DNA from: Vicugna vicugna
Lineage: Eukaryota
Assembly: GCA_013265495.1 (NCBI GenBank)
Contig: MU058478.1
Span: forward strand, 63,816-127,815
DNA: 64,000 nucleotides
Reading direction: 5' to 3'
Below the pieces are notes generated by a model that did not search any database, was not told where the DNA came from, and saw only the letters and a list, made by a program, of their open reading frames with translations. The position numbers were made by a program, and so were the translations under genes. Below are positions 25,519-38,455 of the stretch, in pieces. Positions within the stretch are counted from its first letter, which is position 1. Every line of letters starts with the position of its first letter.

Positions 25519-28500
25519 GATGTACGCAACCTTGTAACCTGACCATACTTCCATAAAAAAGTAAAAATAAAACATATTTGCATAATGCAAATGGAACGGA
25601 TCTGAATAAACCTCGAGTCTATTTGAAAACGTTGACTTTGTTTGAAAACAGAGGGAGAGAGAGGAAACAAAAAAATGGCTTTCAGGGGACAGGATAACTT
25701 ACCTTATAGTAAAGATAGGTTTCTCGGGTGCCCAAAAGACATAAAACTGCAGGCTCCAGCCTTGTCCCAGGAAATCTGCGTGGCTCTTTAGTGTCGCACG
25801 TGGTGACCTGTACAGTTATCATCTGTTACCCGTTTCTACATTATTATTATTCTTATTATTTTATTATTTTATTATTATTATTATTATTTTGCCTTCACTT
25901 TCAGTTTAAAGGAACCAGACTCCGTCAAAAGCCTCTGGACCATCTCCCCGTGTGAATAAAATTGACTAAATTAACATGGCCTCTTAAATGTTTCTCGTCC
26001 GCAATCTAATTATATTTCCCCACAACGATCATTCCAATTTATCTGCCCAGGCTTCTGCAAATTCCCCTAACTGCTCTTTACACCCTCATCTAGCTTCTTC
26101 AACCACTTTGCCAATTGGCTATATTAGCAACAGGCTGTATTTTATTTAGTCGTGTTAGTCTGTTTTCAGGATGAGGAGCCGGCTCTCAGGGATGGGGTTC
26201 AAAGCCCTTAACGAGTCCTCACGGAAGCCTGGTTTTTCATCACACACCCTCGACTGCCTGCATTGTGCGATTCCAGGCACCTCTCCCTTCTGAGCGCATG
26301 GCGTCCAAATGACTCCTACTTAAGGGCATCAGTCACTGCCAGTGTGTGTTTCCCTTTAAGGGCACCTGTCTTGTCCCCTGCTATCTTGGACCATTTGAGC
26401 ATCCTCAAAAACACCCGTATTTTGTGTACCCACTAGATTGATTAACTCCGGAAATAACTGACAATGGCGCTGATAAGAGTCTAACTATAGAAAAACGTAG
26501 AAAAGAGTGGACCTGTAGACCAGGATTCAGGGATTCATAAAGTGTCTAACGAAACTAGTTTTCAATCAGAGGCAAGTGTAGCTGAAGGGTACGCTGCCTA
26601 GACAGCAAATGGGAGCGGGGGTCCAAAACACGGCTTCATTATGGGGGCACCTGTAGTATTTCATAATTAGTTCTTGATTTGCACTCGGATGCAGGCTGGT
26701 CCTATAGAGAAAGTTTTAAAAATTTATTTAAATTTAAATTTAAATCGATTCCCCAAATACGACCATTCATACCGGAATGATGAGATCAGAAAAATACGAA
26801 TGATAAAACGCAGGGCTAAAACATACTTTATAAAAATAATACAATTTTGACTCTCATATATATGTTTTTATATATATATATATATAATCTCACATGTTCA
26901 ATACATAATGTATAAAACACATGAAGAATTTTAACTCTGTGTTGCAGGAACCAGGAAAACATTGAAACAGACTCATAAGAAGTCAAAGGGAGCGATAGAG
27001 AGGGACAGAGAGGAAGAGAGAGAGAAAGAGAATGGGACAGAGCAAAGTCTACATATTTATATATAGTCTCAAGCCTGAATTTTTCACAGGGGGAGCAGAG
27101 GGTTTGGGGAGGCTCCTGCCTGGAGCAGAATTAACCTGAGTCCACAGTCAAGACTTACTTTGCATTCTTGTCTGTTATTCTAAAACTTACAAAATTATCA
27201 ACTAGCTCATAGGCAATGAAAAGCAACCTGAGAATGTTTACTCCAAACGATGCCTTACGTTCCACGGGAGACCGCTTGCGATCTTTCTGGCTGATTCCAA
27301 ACTTCCTTACAGAAACATGAATGTGACAATTTAATAAATGCAATTCAGAGATCGAAAAATTGGACAGGTCTCGCTCAGCCACGCTGAATGATGTCCCTGC
27401 TAATCGCTTAGCGATGCACTGATTACTTGGGAACTAACTTTGTCTTTCCCAAATTTGAACAAAGGCTGCTCTGCAGAGTGCTTGACAGCTTCACCCTCCC
27501 CTTAAAGAAATCATAACAGTGCGTGGCAATATTTTAAATGCAACTGAATATAGATGTAAAAGGCATGTAAGTGAATGTACCAAATTATTGTGCCTCAAAA
27601 AGCAGGTGGAGGCATATAAAAAACCTGATTTTCCTTATTTTTGTTTTGAGGCATGGGAATGCATGCTCGTGGTCCAAAGCAAGGCACCCCCAAGGCTTGC
27701 CTGAAGTTAATGTAAAGCTGCTCTGTGGAGATGTGGGACTTTCAAAGGATGCTTCCAAGACATCCTTTCCTTTCCAGACTCCCTGGGGCCAGAGAAAAGA
27801 CTTCCTTCTCTGCCCCCTGCGGCCCCACCTCCGCCACAGTTCACCTTCACTGGTGCTGGGACGCCATCATCACCCGGTAACTGTTTCTTTGACCCAAATG
27901 AGTGCAGTTTGAGAATCAGGGTGCAAGAAAACATTCCACTAAAACCAGAAACAGACATAAAAGCATCCCTGATCGTCATTAATAAATGTTAGGGAATCAT
28001 GCTATTCTGATCTAATTCTGTGAATTACTTTCTTCTTTAAAAATATGCCTTGCCTTTTAAATCTCCTAATTTCACTTTTAGGGATACCTAAGAATGATAT
28101 AATCAGGGGTGCAAAAAATATTAATAATATTTAAGGATTTGCATTGCAAAAGCATTCATACCAGTTAAAAAAAAAGGAAACTCTCACATGCTCCCAAATT
28201 TGTCATTAGATGAAAAGGCCAAATCGTATGTTTAGAAATATTAAAATTATGGGAAATGTTCGTGATACTGTGTTAAGAAAAAAAAAAATCTGTTTCACAG
28301 TGTGAGTCCAAAAGTAGGTTCTCGGGGAGAAGGTGAGGACTCTTGTCCCCGAATCTGGCTCCCCATGTGAAGTCAAGGTGGACCGTGCAGGAAAGGTGAG
28401 GTGTCTGAGGTGTCCTGAGGGCCACGTGGTTTGCAGGTTGGCCCTGGAGAGACACCTGCTTCACTGATGGAGGAGGAGGAGGCTGGTGCTTGGCTCCCGA

Positions 28501-29378
28501 CCTGCAGTCCTTCAGCCCTTGCCGTGGCTACACAAGTCGTTGAATGTTTTGATTAAAATCCTTGGGGTTCCTGGAACATGTAGAGTGGCCTCTGTCATAC
28601 TGTCCAAACTGACTGTTCATATCAGGTTTGTGTCCCCTGCATGCTCTAACATGTCCTGTCATGGATTTCAAATCACCCTGATCAACTTCAAGGCACATTT
28701 AGACTTTTTCTAAGACTAATTCTTCAGCATTCTCTGAATTTAACTCAGAATTGAACTGAAGCATCCTGTCCGTTCGAATTTCAACAACCTGCTAGCTTGG
28801 GTTAAAATAACCTGGGTGATTTTGTCCGTTAACATCAATTTTCTTCCCTTTATATATTTTATTCCTCTCGTTTTCCTCATGATAAGTAAATATTTACAGG
28901 ATGGAGACACACTTTGTCCTCATGGAAAAGCAGGAACATCTCTCCTAGTCTCGCGTAGGGGCATTGATTCACAATCTTGGTGAGATGCTGTGTTGGTGAG
29001 TGGGTGGGGGGATGTCCACGTACCTGCATTGCTGGTGACCGTTCCTTGACGACTTCTTGCAGGCAACATCTTCAAATTACAAATGCACATGTCCTTCGGC
29101 TCATCAGTTCTGCTTCCAGAAATTTACCCCACAGATTTGCAGTATTGGGAAAATGTCATATGACTGAAAATATCGCATTCATCATTTTTTTAATAAAAGC
29201 AATAATTGAGAAACAACCTGAAAGTTCATCATAAAAAAAGTACCTGGATAAACCAGTTCTGGGGGACACATGAGTAAAAGGCATCTCTGGTCACATCTGG
29301 GGACGGGTGTTGGGAGCTAGGGGTACAGAATCAGGAAGGGGAATTTTAGTGTAAGATGCTTCTATCTTTTGATTGTTA

Positions 29379-29517
29379 TTTTTTACATTTTTTATTGATT
29401 TGTAATCATTTTACAATGTGTCAAATTTCACTGTAGAGCACAAGTTTTCAGTTATACATGAACATATATATATTCACTGTCACATTTTTTTTCTCTGTGA
29501 GCTACTATAAGATCTTG
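29379..29517 (-). mobile_element. Short camelid L1 3' end
   Basis: Near-identical to the 3' terminus of the L1 at 18380. Confidence 0.9.
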
Positions 29518-29787
29518 AACTTTGAACTACACACATTTATTTCCCTGCCAAAAATAAATTAATTAAAATTTATAAAGTTAGAACTGACATTTCTCCCCAG
29601 CGTTTTCCTTATAGAAGGGCCTTGTGGCCACAAGAAAAAAATAATTAAATAAAAGGAAGAGAGGACTGTGGCTCCTGACTCCACTGTTCCTCTTTCATTC
29701 ACTGCCTCAAACTGTCTTTCAGGCTGAAAGAAGCTGGAAATTCCTTTCTGGCCAGCAGTTGTGTTTTATGAAGCTGGTGGAGCCATT

Positions 29788-30012
29788 TCAGGGGGTTAAC
29801 AGAATTTTTCTGTAAAGGGTCAAAGAGTAAATATTTTAGGCCTCAAAGGCTGGTAGGTTGCCCTCACAACTGGCCAAGTCGCCACTTTAGAATGAAAGCA
29901 TCAAGATGGGATGTGGATGGTGTGGCTGGTGTGGGTGGCGTGGGTGGCGTGGACGGTGTGGCCGTGTCCCAGTGACTTTTTCTCTTTCCTTATGGAAGGG
30001 CGGCGGGTAACC
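29788..30012. mobile_element. MER58A-like hAT MITE containing a 9-bp G-rich tandem repeat
   Basis: caggggg...ttttctgtaaagggtcaaagagtaaatattttaggc...cccctg termini. Confidence 0.7.
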
Positions 30013-30275
30013 CCTGCACCCAAGTTCTCATTACCGGCTGTTAATATGTGAAATGGGGAGAGAAGGGAATTTAGGAACGTCTCCGCATCAAAGGTCTAAG
30101 TTTTAGCATCATTATCTTGCATACATTGACACGTTAACTGTTAGAAGCTAACTATGACCTCTTTATATGTGAATTCATACATCCATAATTCTCCACTTTT
30201 CTGAACAAGGGGGACTCAATGTGAGGCAAAGCGAAACAGAATAGTTCATTTGCCCATTTTGAACTGTAATCTCTA

Positions 30276-31025
30276 TTTTTTAACTTAAGAGCTTTATTGA
30301 GATACAATTTACCTACCATAAAGTTCATTCCTTCTAAGTGCACAAATTAATTATTTTTAGTGCATTAATATTCAATCAGTTTTAGAACACTTTCATCCCT
30401 TCAAAAGAACCCAGCTACCTGTTGACAACCATGGCCTGTTGCCAGCCCCACCCCAGGCAACCACTAACCTACTTCGTTCCCTGTAGTTCTGATTTTTCTG
30501 GACATCATTTTATAGAAATGGATCGTACAGAATGTGGTCTTTACTGTCTGTCTTTTTTTTGTTTATAACTCTGCACAAAATGTGAGTTTCACCCATGGTT
30601 TGAATGCATCGATGTTTCATTCCTTTTTATTTCTGGATGGCATCCCATTGTATAGATACACTGATTGTGTTTGTCCATTCGCCAGCCATTGTTTCCAACT
30701 TTTGACTACAAGGAACAGCATTACTACAATCATTCACTTACAGGTCATCGTGTAGCTGTGTGTTTTCATTTCTCTTGAAGTCTAGGGGTGGAATTGGTAC
30801 GTCATATAGTAAATTTATATTAACTGTTCAAAAGCCCTGAAACTTTTTTCCAGCGTGGCTTTCCCAGAGTCTACCTCCAGAAGCAGTGTGTAAAAGTTCA
30901 AGTTTCTCCACATTCTCACCAACAATTGTTATTGTCTGTCATTATTTATGTCCATTCCGCTGGAGGTGAGAAGTGATATCTCATTGCGATTTTAATTTAC
31001 ATTCCCCAATGACTAATGATGATCA
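30276..31025 (-). mobile_element. Old L1 (L1MB/MC-like) 3' region
   Basis: agctttattgagatacaatttacctaccataaagttc...ccccaggcaaccactaacctactt...gtgatatctcattgcgattttaattt. Confidence 0.85.
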
Positions 31026-31178
31026 CTTCTTTCCTTATATGTTTTGCCATAACCATAATTATATGTATTTAAAGGTATATTAAAATGACCAGAAGACATC
31101 ACAGGGTTTTCCTCTGGACAGTGGAAGTATGTGTGATTGTTGCTTTCAATTGTTTTCTATTTTAAAATTAAAAATGTA

Positions 31179-31370
31179 AATTGTAGAATAGATAAACAAG
31201 ATCATACTGTATAGCACAGGGAAATATATACAAGATCTTGTGGTAGCTCACAGAGAAAAAATGTGACAACAAATGTATGTACGTTCATGCATAACTGAAA
31301 AATTGTGCTCTACAGTGGAATTTGACACAACATTGTATAATGATTATAAATCAATAAAAATGTTAAAAAA
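31179..31370 (+). mobile_element. Short camelid L1 3' end
   Basis: L1 3' UTR text; TSD aaaaatgta at 31170-31178 and 31366-31374. Confidence 0.9.
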
Positions 31371-31418
31371 TGTATACAATAAAAGGGATTATAATTAACA
31401 ACATTAAATTACTGAGCT

Positions 31419-31600
31419 AAACAAGATTACACTGTCTAGCACAGGGAAATATACACAAAATGTTATGATAACTCACAGAAAAGAAAATGTGACAATGAGA
31501 GTGTGTATGCCCGTGAATGACTGAAAAATTGTGCTGAACCCTGGAATCTGACCCAACATTGTAAAATGATTATAAATCAATAAAAAATGTTAAAAAAAAA
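31419..31600 (+). mobile_element. Second short camelid L1 3' end
   Basis: Same family; subfamily variant (aaatatacacaaaatgttatgataactcacag) with poly-A. Confidence 0.9.
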
Positions 31601-32131
31601 CAGATGACTGGATAAAGAAGTTGTGGCATATTTATGCACTGGAATATTCCTCCACCATGAATAGGACAAAATAAAACCATTTGCAGCAACATGGATGGAG
31701 CTAGAGATCGTCATTCTTAGTGAAAGCAGCCAGAAACAAAAAAATAACAAATGATACCACTCATATGTGCAATCTAAAAAAAGAGAGAAAAAGACACTGT
31801 GAACTCATCTACAAAACAGAAACAGACTTGCATACATAGTAACTTATGGTTGGCTACTGGGGGAAAGGGGGTGGGAAGGGATAAATTTGGGATTTGCAAA
31901 TGCTAGCCACTATATATAAAAACAGATTAAGAAAATTTTCTGCTGTGTAGCACAGGGAACTACGTTCAATATTTGTAATAACCTTTAATGAAATAGAAAA
32001 TGAAAATGAATAAATGTGTGTATGTGTGTGACTGGGACAGTGTGCACCGGAAGTGGACACATTGTAACTGACTCTATGTCAATTAAAACATAAATTACAA
32101 AATAAATACATAAAACAAAAAACCCCACAAA
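31601..32131 (+). mobile_element. Older L1 3' end (ORF2 end plus 3' UTR)
   Basis: cagatgactggataaagaagttgtgg...catttgcagcaacatggatggagctagagatcgtcattc...A-rich tail. Confidence 0.9.
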
Positions 32132-33076
32132 AACTAACAACATTCAAGTCATACTTTTTTATGAAGTTGTAGCATTTAGGGCTACAAGCCAGTTTTTTTT
32201 TTTTTCCAGGAGCTTCTAGAAACAGCTACTCCACTCTCGACAGCCGATGTGCTCAGCTGAGTCCTTCCAGGACATCCATTAACAACAGCCTTCGAGTTTT
32301 TGCCAAGCCTGAATTTCTCCATTGACTTTGATTATACAGACTTCAACTATTTATGGGTGAGGCTCTTTGCCCTCCTTCTGGCACTGATCCCAGGAGTCTG
32401 GTTCTTGCCCACGGTCTGTCTACAAAATTGTCGCCAACATTGATGCTGGTGGTAAAAGACCTCCGACTTTACACAAAGTTGAATAAGGCTAACTTACGAC
32501 ACTTCCTTCTGAACCAAAGTCTGGAGGTAAACTGGGTTCTTCACTCTCTTCCTCTCTACTCAGTTTACCCAAATATTTCCATATCTTTCTCTTTACCAAC
32601 AGTTTGGAAGGCAGCGTAGACATTTAAAAGCACCAGTTAAGCACAGTCAAGAAATGATTGGGAGATGTTAGAAAAAGAGAACCAATCTTGGCAACACAGC
32701 ATCCGACCCTGGTACCCCTGTGACTGCTCTTCCAAGACACTGGATCTACTGAAGAGTCAGTTGCTGGAGGTCATACACTGAGCATCGGCTACCGAGTGCC
32801 AGGGGATGCCAATGCCTTATGAGCTGGGACGTGGAAAACAGTAAGATTTGGCCAACCCACGTGTCGTTCCACATACCCTGACCCCACAAGGGCTTACGTA
32901 GGATCAATGGCCCCTTGGCTTCCCACTGTCCAAGCCGTAGGGTTCGTGAGTCTAGAACAGCCCAAATGTCAGTGCAAAGGGTTAACGGCCAATGACTTAT
33001 GAGTGATGACCGGCCCAGATGGCTCTAAGTTCAGCCCATCAGTTGCTTTAGTTAGTTTCCATCTTGGTGGTGTTGG

Positions 33077-33515
33077 TGTTAGAATACCAGCTGTAGTCCA
33101 CGTGGACCGACTGCCCCGAATAGATTTACCTGTGCAACGGGCATCAGCAGGGACATCCCTCGCTTGCTCTCCTCAGGCCACCCTGCAGGGACCAGGGGCA
33201 CCCACACTGGTGGAGACAGAGGGCGGCTCTACTGAAAACAGGCATGATGCTCACGTCTCACTTAGTCAACATGGGAGTCTGAGCCACGGCGGAGTGGGCG
33301 GAGAGAACGTATCCTCCACCCACCCCTTGATGGGCAAGGAAGTTTCCACCATGATGCGCTGGGTGCCCCGCTAGGAGGAAGGATGGCCCTTGTCCCTTTA
33401 GCGCTGAGTTACATGGGGCCCCTTCGTGCATCTCCTTACCTGTGATGCACACAGGAAAACCCACGAAGCAGGTGCCCAATTGCAACATTAATTGTAATAC
33501 AGTGAGCATTGGGTT
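33077..33515 (-). mobile_element. ERVL-type LTR fragment (MER54/MER74-group-like)
   Basis: Its right 130 bp are reverse-complement homologous to the adjacent LTR; tgttagaatacc terminus. Confidence 0.5.
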
Positions 33516-33546
33516 CTGTCTGGTGAAATCCTTTCTGCTTCCTAAT

Positions 33547-34045
33547 GGTTACAGCTGCCAGGTTCTAACCAGTGTTTCGCTGGCATCATTTAGAATTAAA
33601 GCCCCTTTATGCTGGAGGTGGGCACACAGCATCTTCCAGAACCCCCCCTCCCTCTCCTCCACCTTATCTGCCCGGTGCCTAACCCAATGCTCATTGTTAT
33701 ATAATTAACAATACAGTTTAGCCCCCACCGTGAGTTTTTCTGTGTGCACCATGGGTAAGGACATGCACAAAAGGGGAGGAGCATGACTCAGGCCTCCAGG
33801 GACAAGAGCTGTCAATCAATCAAGAGACCACCTCTCAGCGAGGGAACAAGAGAAGGGGGCGAACACAGACCACTGCCATCCGCCCCTGGATCAGCCCGCC
33901 TCCCGCGCTTGGATGTGCACTTTCCCTTTGCTAAATAAAACCCTTAAAATGTTTCACCACCCAGGGCTTCTGTCTCCCGTCGGAATTGCTATCTTTCAAG
34001 TAAGACAAGAACTGGGGTCCTTTCCCTTCCCCTTTTTGGGTAACA
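33547..34045 (+). mobile_element. ERVL-type solo LTR (MER54/MER74-group-like)
   Basis: AATAAA near 33935; 3' end aagtaagacaagaactggggtcctttccc...ggtaaca; left boundary approximate. Confidence 0.6.
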
Positions 34046-34519
34046 CTAGGATATCCACTTTCCCAACATGCCTTAAGTTCAAGCGCATTTTTTAAGCATC
34101 ATTTGCCTCCCACACCAAACCACCCCCATCTCCTGCCTGAAGGACCGCCCTGCACCCCTCTTTTCGCTGTTGCCACTGCAGCATCTGGATCACCCACTCC
34201 CCACACAACAGACCTGTTCAAAGTCCCCAACCTGATCAGTCTCCCCTCTGCCTAAAAGCCATGGTTCTTGGAATAAAGCACATATGTTTTTTACCCCAAG
34301 GCCTTTCATTGCTTCAGCAAGGTCTCTGTCTCTATCCAATTATGACCTTTTCTGTTACTTCTCTACCTACTGGACTTCCACGTGGCCCTCCAACATATAA
34401 AAAAAAAATTGCTCCAATTCCAGGTCTCTGCCATTGCTCTCGCTGGCCTGGAAAAGCGGCGAGATTTTTATACGAAAATGTCTTTTTAAAATGTTAATAT
34501 TATTTTTAATGAGGTCAGA

Positions 34520-35580
34520 TACAAACTGGGCCAACGGGGAGGTGGGGAAGATGCGTGCCTTCCTGAAAAGGAGGCGAAAAGGCGCTCTGAGCATCCTCTG
34601 GGTGGAGGGTACGAGACCCTGCCAGCGCGCTCGGGTCCACTGGCCGCCCGAGGCCCCAGGAGGCCAACGTCTTGTCCCAGCTGCCCAGCCGAGGATCTGC
34701 GCCCTGGGCTGGCGCTATCCCCGCTCCAGGGTGGGTGGCAGACACTGAAGGCTGGACCTCAGGCCCGGGATCACCCTCTGCCTTGCAGACTCTGTAGCTC
34801 CAGGAGCGGAGGTTTGGGTTCAGAGGCCCTGGTCTGGGCGCAGAGGATGGGGCCGCGCCGTTTCTCCTCTGGGGCTTGAAGGCAGGTGGCCTGGGCTCTG
34901 GGACCTCAAACCCCAGAGCGGTTTGTCGAACTTCCGTTCCCCCATCTTGCATCAGCTGAGGGCCCTCAGCACCGTGTTCCCAGCACAGGGGTCCAGGCGC
35001 CCCTCGCTGGGCACACGCACCACAGGTGGCCTCTGGGCTCCTGGGGGTGCACAGTGGCTCACCCTGCCCTCAGGGGACACAAATTTGATAGTCACCGGGC
35101 TCTAGATCCATCTAGGGTGCCGGGCACCTAACTGCCACCCACTCATATCACTCTCCCAGGGGCCTGAAAGATCCAGCCCAGGGACGGACCCCAGGGGTGA
35201 ATGGGTGGGAAAGCATTTGCACACCTCAGGGACCACCCTCTGAGGCAGAGTCCTGGTCCCTCGGCATCTGGGGAGGGGTCCGGGCCAGGAGCACCAGGGC
35301 TGTGGCTTCCGGTGTGTCTGTGGGAGCCGGCGGTGGAGACAGTGCCCCATCACCACCACCCTGGGAGGGATTCGGCTTCCAGAAGTGTCCCAGGTCGCTG
35401 GACCACCCAAGGACGAAGCGCCCAGGGCTCGGATGACCATTGGCACGTGGATGCAAGAAAAGCACACGGCTAAGGGCACTAGGATACCCACATCGCAGGC
35501 CAGCGCTTGTGAACAGTGCAGGGGAATCAGGTGATGATTGCATGCGTAGCGGCAGCCTCCGTGGGCACAGTTTTCTGAAC
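34520..35580. promoter_or_regulatory. GC/CpG-rich non-repeat patch (CpG-island-like)
   Basis: Visibly high GC with many CpGs (gcgcgctcgg, ggccgcgccg) against an AT-rich background; no associated gene seen. Confidence 0.45.
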
Positions 35581-35685
35581 ATCCTGACCTTCAGCCCCTC
35601 CTCTTCCTGCTACTTCTAGCAACACTTTGGTTCTGAAGAGAGGTGGTTAGAAGAGCTCTCTTTCTCTCTCTTTCTCTCTGACAGT

Positions 35686-35926
35686 CTTTTTTTTTAATTA
35701 TAGTCAGTTTACAATGTGTCATTTTCAATGTGTACATGATGTTTCAGTCATACATACACATACACATATTAGTTTTCATATTTTTTCATTATAAGTTATT
35801 ACAAGATATTGAATAGAGTTCCCTGTACAGAAAAAAACACGTTGTCTACCTATTTCATATATAGTAATTAATATCTGCAAATCTCCAACTCCCAGTTTAG
35901 CTCTTCCCACCCCCTCTCCCCCCTGG
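35686..35926 (-). mobile_element. L1 3' end (older camelid/cetartiodactyl variant)
   Basis: Poly-T then tatagtcagtttacaatgtgtc...acaagatattgaatagagttccctgt...atctgcaaatctccaactccc. Confidence 0.85.
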
Positions 35927-36500
35927 TTTTGCCATAACATTCGCATCCCATACAATTCACCGATGTCAAGCGCAGGGTCCTGTGGCTTCCAGTAGGTTCA
36001 CAGATATGTGCACCCATCACCTTAGTCAATTTGAATATATTTCCATTGCTTCAAAGAGCAATCCTGTACCCTCCCGTCTACCTCTCCCTTCCCCCAGCCC
36101 TAAAAAACCACTAATCCACTTTCTGTCTGTATATAGATTTCCCTATTGTGGACTTTCTTATGAATGGAATTATAAAATACACAGTCTTTTGTGTCTGGCT
36201 TCTTTTGTTTCAGACAATGGTGTCAAGGTCCATCCATGCTGTAGCGCAGGTCAGAACTTCATTCCTTGTTATGGTCTAACATTGTTCCCTGGTATCGATA
36301 CATCACATTTTGTTCATCCTTTGCCAATTGATGGACCCGTGGGCTGTTTCCCCCCTTATGAATAATGCTGCTCTAAACATTCATGTATAAAATATTCCGT
36401 GGATGAATGTTTCCATTTCTCTTGGATGTAACCTAACTTTTTGAGCAACCACCAGGCGGTTCCTCACATTCTGTACCATTTTACATCCCCACCAGGAGTC
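35927..36500 (-). mobile_element. Old L1 (L1MB-like) 3' region
   Basis: ccactaatccactttctgtctgtatatagatttccctattgtggac...aataatgctgctctaaacattc. Confidence 0.85.
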
Positions 36501-37729
36501 TTGTCTCTATTTTTCTGCTTGACATTCAGAGGAAGAAAGCATAATTTTTCCTGCAGGCCAGAAAAATTTCAGAGAGGGTATTGACCAAAGGCCACTCTGT
36601 TTCATCATCATAAAAAAAAAAATGAGCATAATTCACTTGAATGCTCTTTTAAGGAAAAAATAAGTCGTTTTTGTTTCAGTAAGTGGGATGTGAATTTATT
36701 CTTCTAGAATGGTTATTAATGTTACTTTCTGCAATGTGTCTCTTAAGGAGGTGGTGGAAGTAGACCACGATTTATATTTTGGCTCTGACAACGTTGGTTT
36801 TATAAGACTTTTATAATTTTAAGCTTTTATACATTCACACACAGGTGTTCTTCCTTTGGACATTAATACAGTTTCTCTTTCTTTTTTTCTCTTTTTCCAT
36901 TTTTATTGTTAATCCATGCATATACAGCAGAGGGACTCACATTTTTCAACTAATAATTGAAAAAAAAAAATCTGACAACAGAAACAGCGTTGGAAAGCTA
37001 CTGGGTAACTGGTTACAAGGCCTGAGTTTGGAAGTCTGCCCAAGGGGGTGCGGAAGTGTTCTCTGGAACATTTTTATTCAAAAACCGGGTGCAGGGGAGC
37101 CCCGCTGGGCTGGCCGGTGGAGGGGCGGGAAGCAGAGGCTGGCAAAGGAACCCAAGAGCCAGCAAGAGTTTCCTTCCGGATCTAAAAGGCACACAGGTGA
37201 ATGTTGAGGACATTAGAAGGAGCTTAACGAGAAAGCTTCTGCAGTCCAGAGAGGGGCCAGCTGATGGGGACATGGGGTGCCATCAGCCGGGGGGGGCTGC
37301 AAACTGAGACCTACACCCTTGCCACTTACTAATTCATTTTCATCTTCTTCAAATTCCTTATTTAAGGAAGGATCCCCCAGTATATAATTTTGAAAACAAA
37401 AAGGAATCCCTATGTTATTAATTTCTTTTTAATAAGACATTTCTTGATGACGGAAATGACTTTTATAGATCAGAACCCTCTTAAGATGCATCAGCATTGG
37501 AGTGGACGGTTAATGGAATTGAGTATAAATTTCTTACAATGTGTTTTTTTGTTTTCCCTTCCCAGTATCTACAGAGCTTGCCACATCCTATCTGCAGTCC
37601 AATCTGATGGGTGTCATTTTGGTTTGGCGTTAAGCTCGCTTGGAGATACCACAGCTTTCCTCCCGGAAACCCACCAAGAACCTACCTTCACTGGTAAATC
37701 CACAAGCTGACGAATTAAAAGTGATTTTC

Positions 37730-38139
37730 CTGGAGAATGTCATTCTAAGTGAAGTAAGCCAGAAAGAGAAAGAAAAATACCATATGAGATCGCTCATATG
37801 TGGAATCTAAAAGACAAAAACAAAAATGAACAAACAAACAAACAAAAACAAAGAGTAAATACAGGACAGAAATAGACTCACAGACAGAGAATACAGACTT
37901 GTGGTTGCCAGGGGGGTGGAGGGTGGGAAGGGATAGACTGGGATTTCAAAACTGTAGAATAGACAAACAAGATTACACTGTATAGCACAGGGAAATATAC
38001 ACAAAATGTTATGAACTCACAGAGAAAAAAATGTGACAATGAGTGTGTATATGTCCATGAATGACTGAAAAATTGTACTGAACACTGGAATTTGACACAA
38101 CATTGTAAAATGATTATAAATCAATAAAAAATGTTAAAA
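37730..38139 (+). mobile_element. Young camelid L1 3' end
   Basis: L1 3' UTR with poly-A; 13-bp TSD aaaagtgattttc at 37717-37729 and 38140-38152; canonical TT/AAAA target. Confidence 0.95.
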
Positions 38140-38244
38140 AAAAGTGATTTTCGTAAACATGGAAAGCACTGTTTCTTCTCTTTGTCACACTCCAAGGGAC
38201 AAAGGGTTTCTTTTGTCAGGTGACATGAGAGATTAATGTAGATC

Positions 38245-38455
38245 GGAGGCAATGGTGCTGCCCCCACCCCGACCCCCACCCCAAAGACACTAGAGGAAGT
38301 TCTAATCCGGGTGGAGGGAGTGAGCTGGGGACGTTACTTACATCAAATGGGTGGAGATCGGAGATGCCATCAAACATCCTTACAGGGCACAGGACAGCGC
38401 ACAGCAAAGGATGCTCTGGTCCCCGATTTCAGCACCTGAGAGATTGAGAAACTCT
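38245..38455. mobile_element. MER20-like hAT element
   Basis: gggtggagatcggagatgccatcaaacatccttacagggcacaggacagc...gattgagaaactct. Confidence 0.75.

Noticed and set aside
34434..35582. Many 60-145 aa ORFs on both strands
   Set aside because: Expected from stop-codon scarcity in GC-rich DNA; Pro/Gly/Arg-rich and unrecognisable
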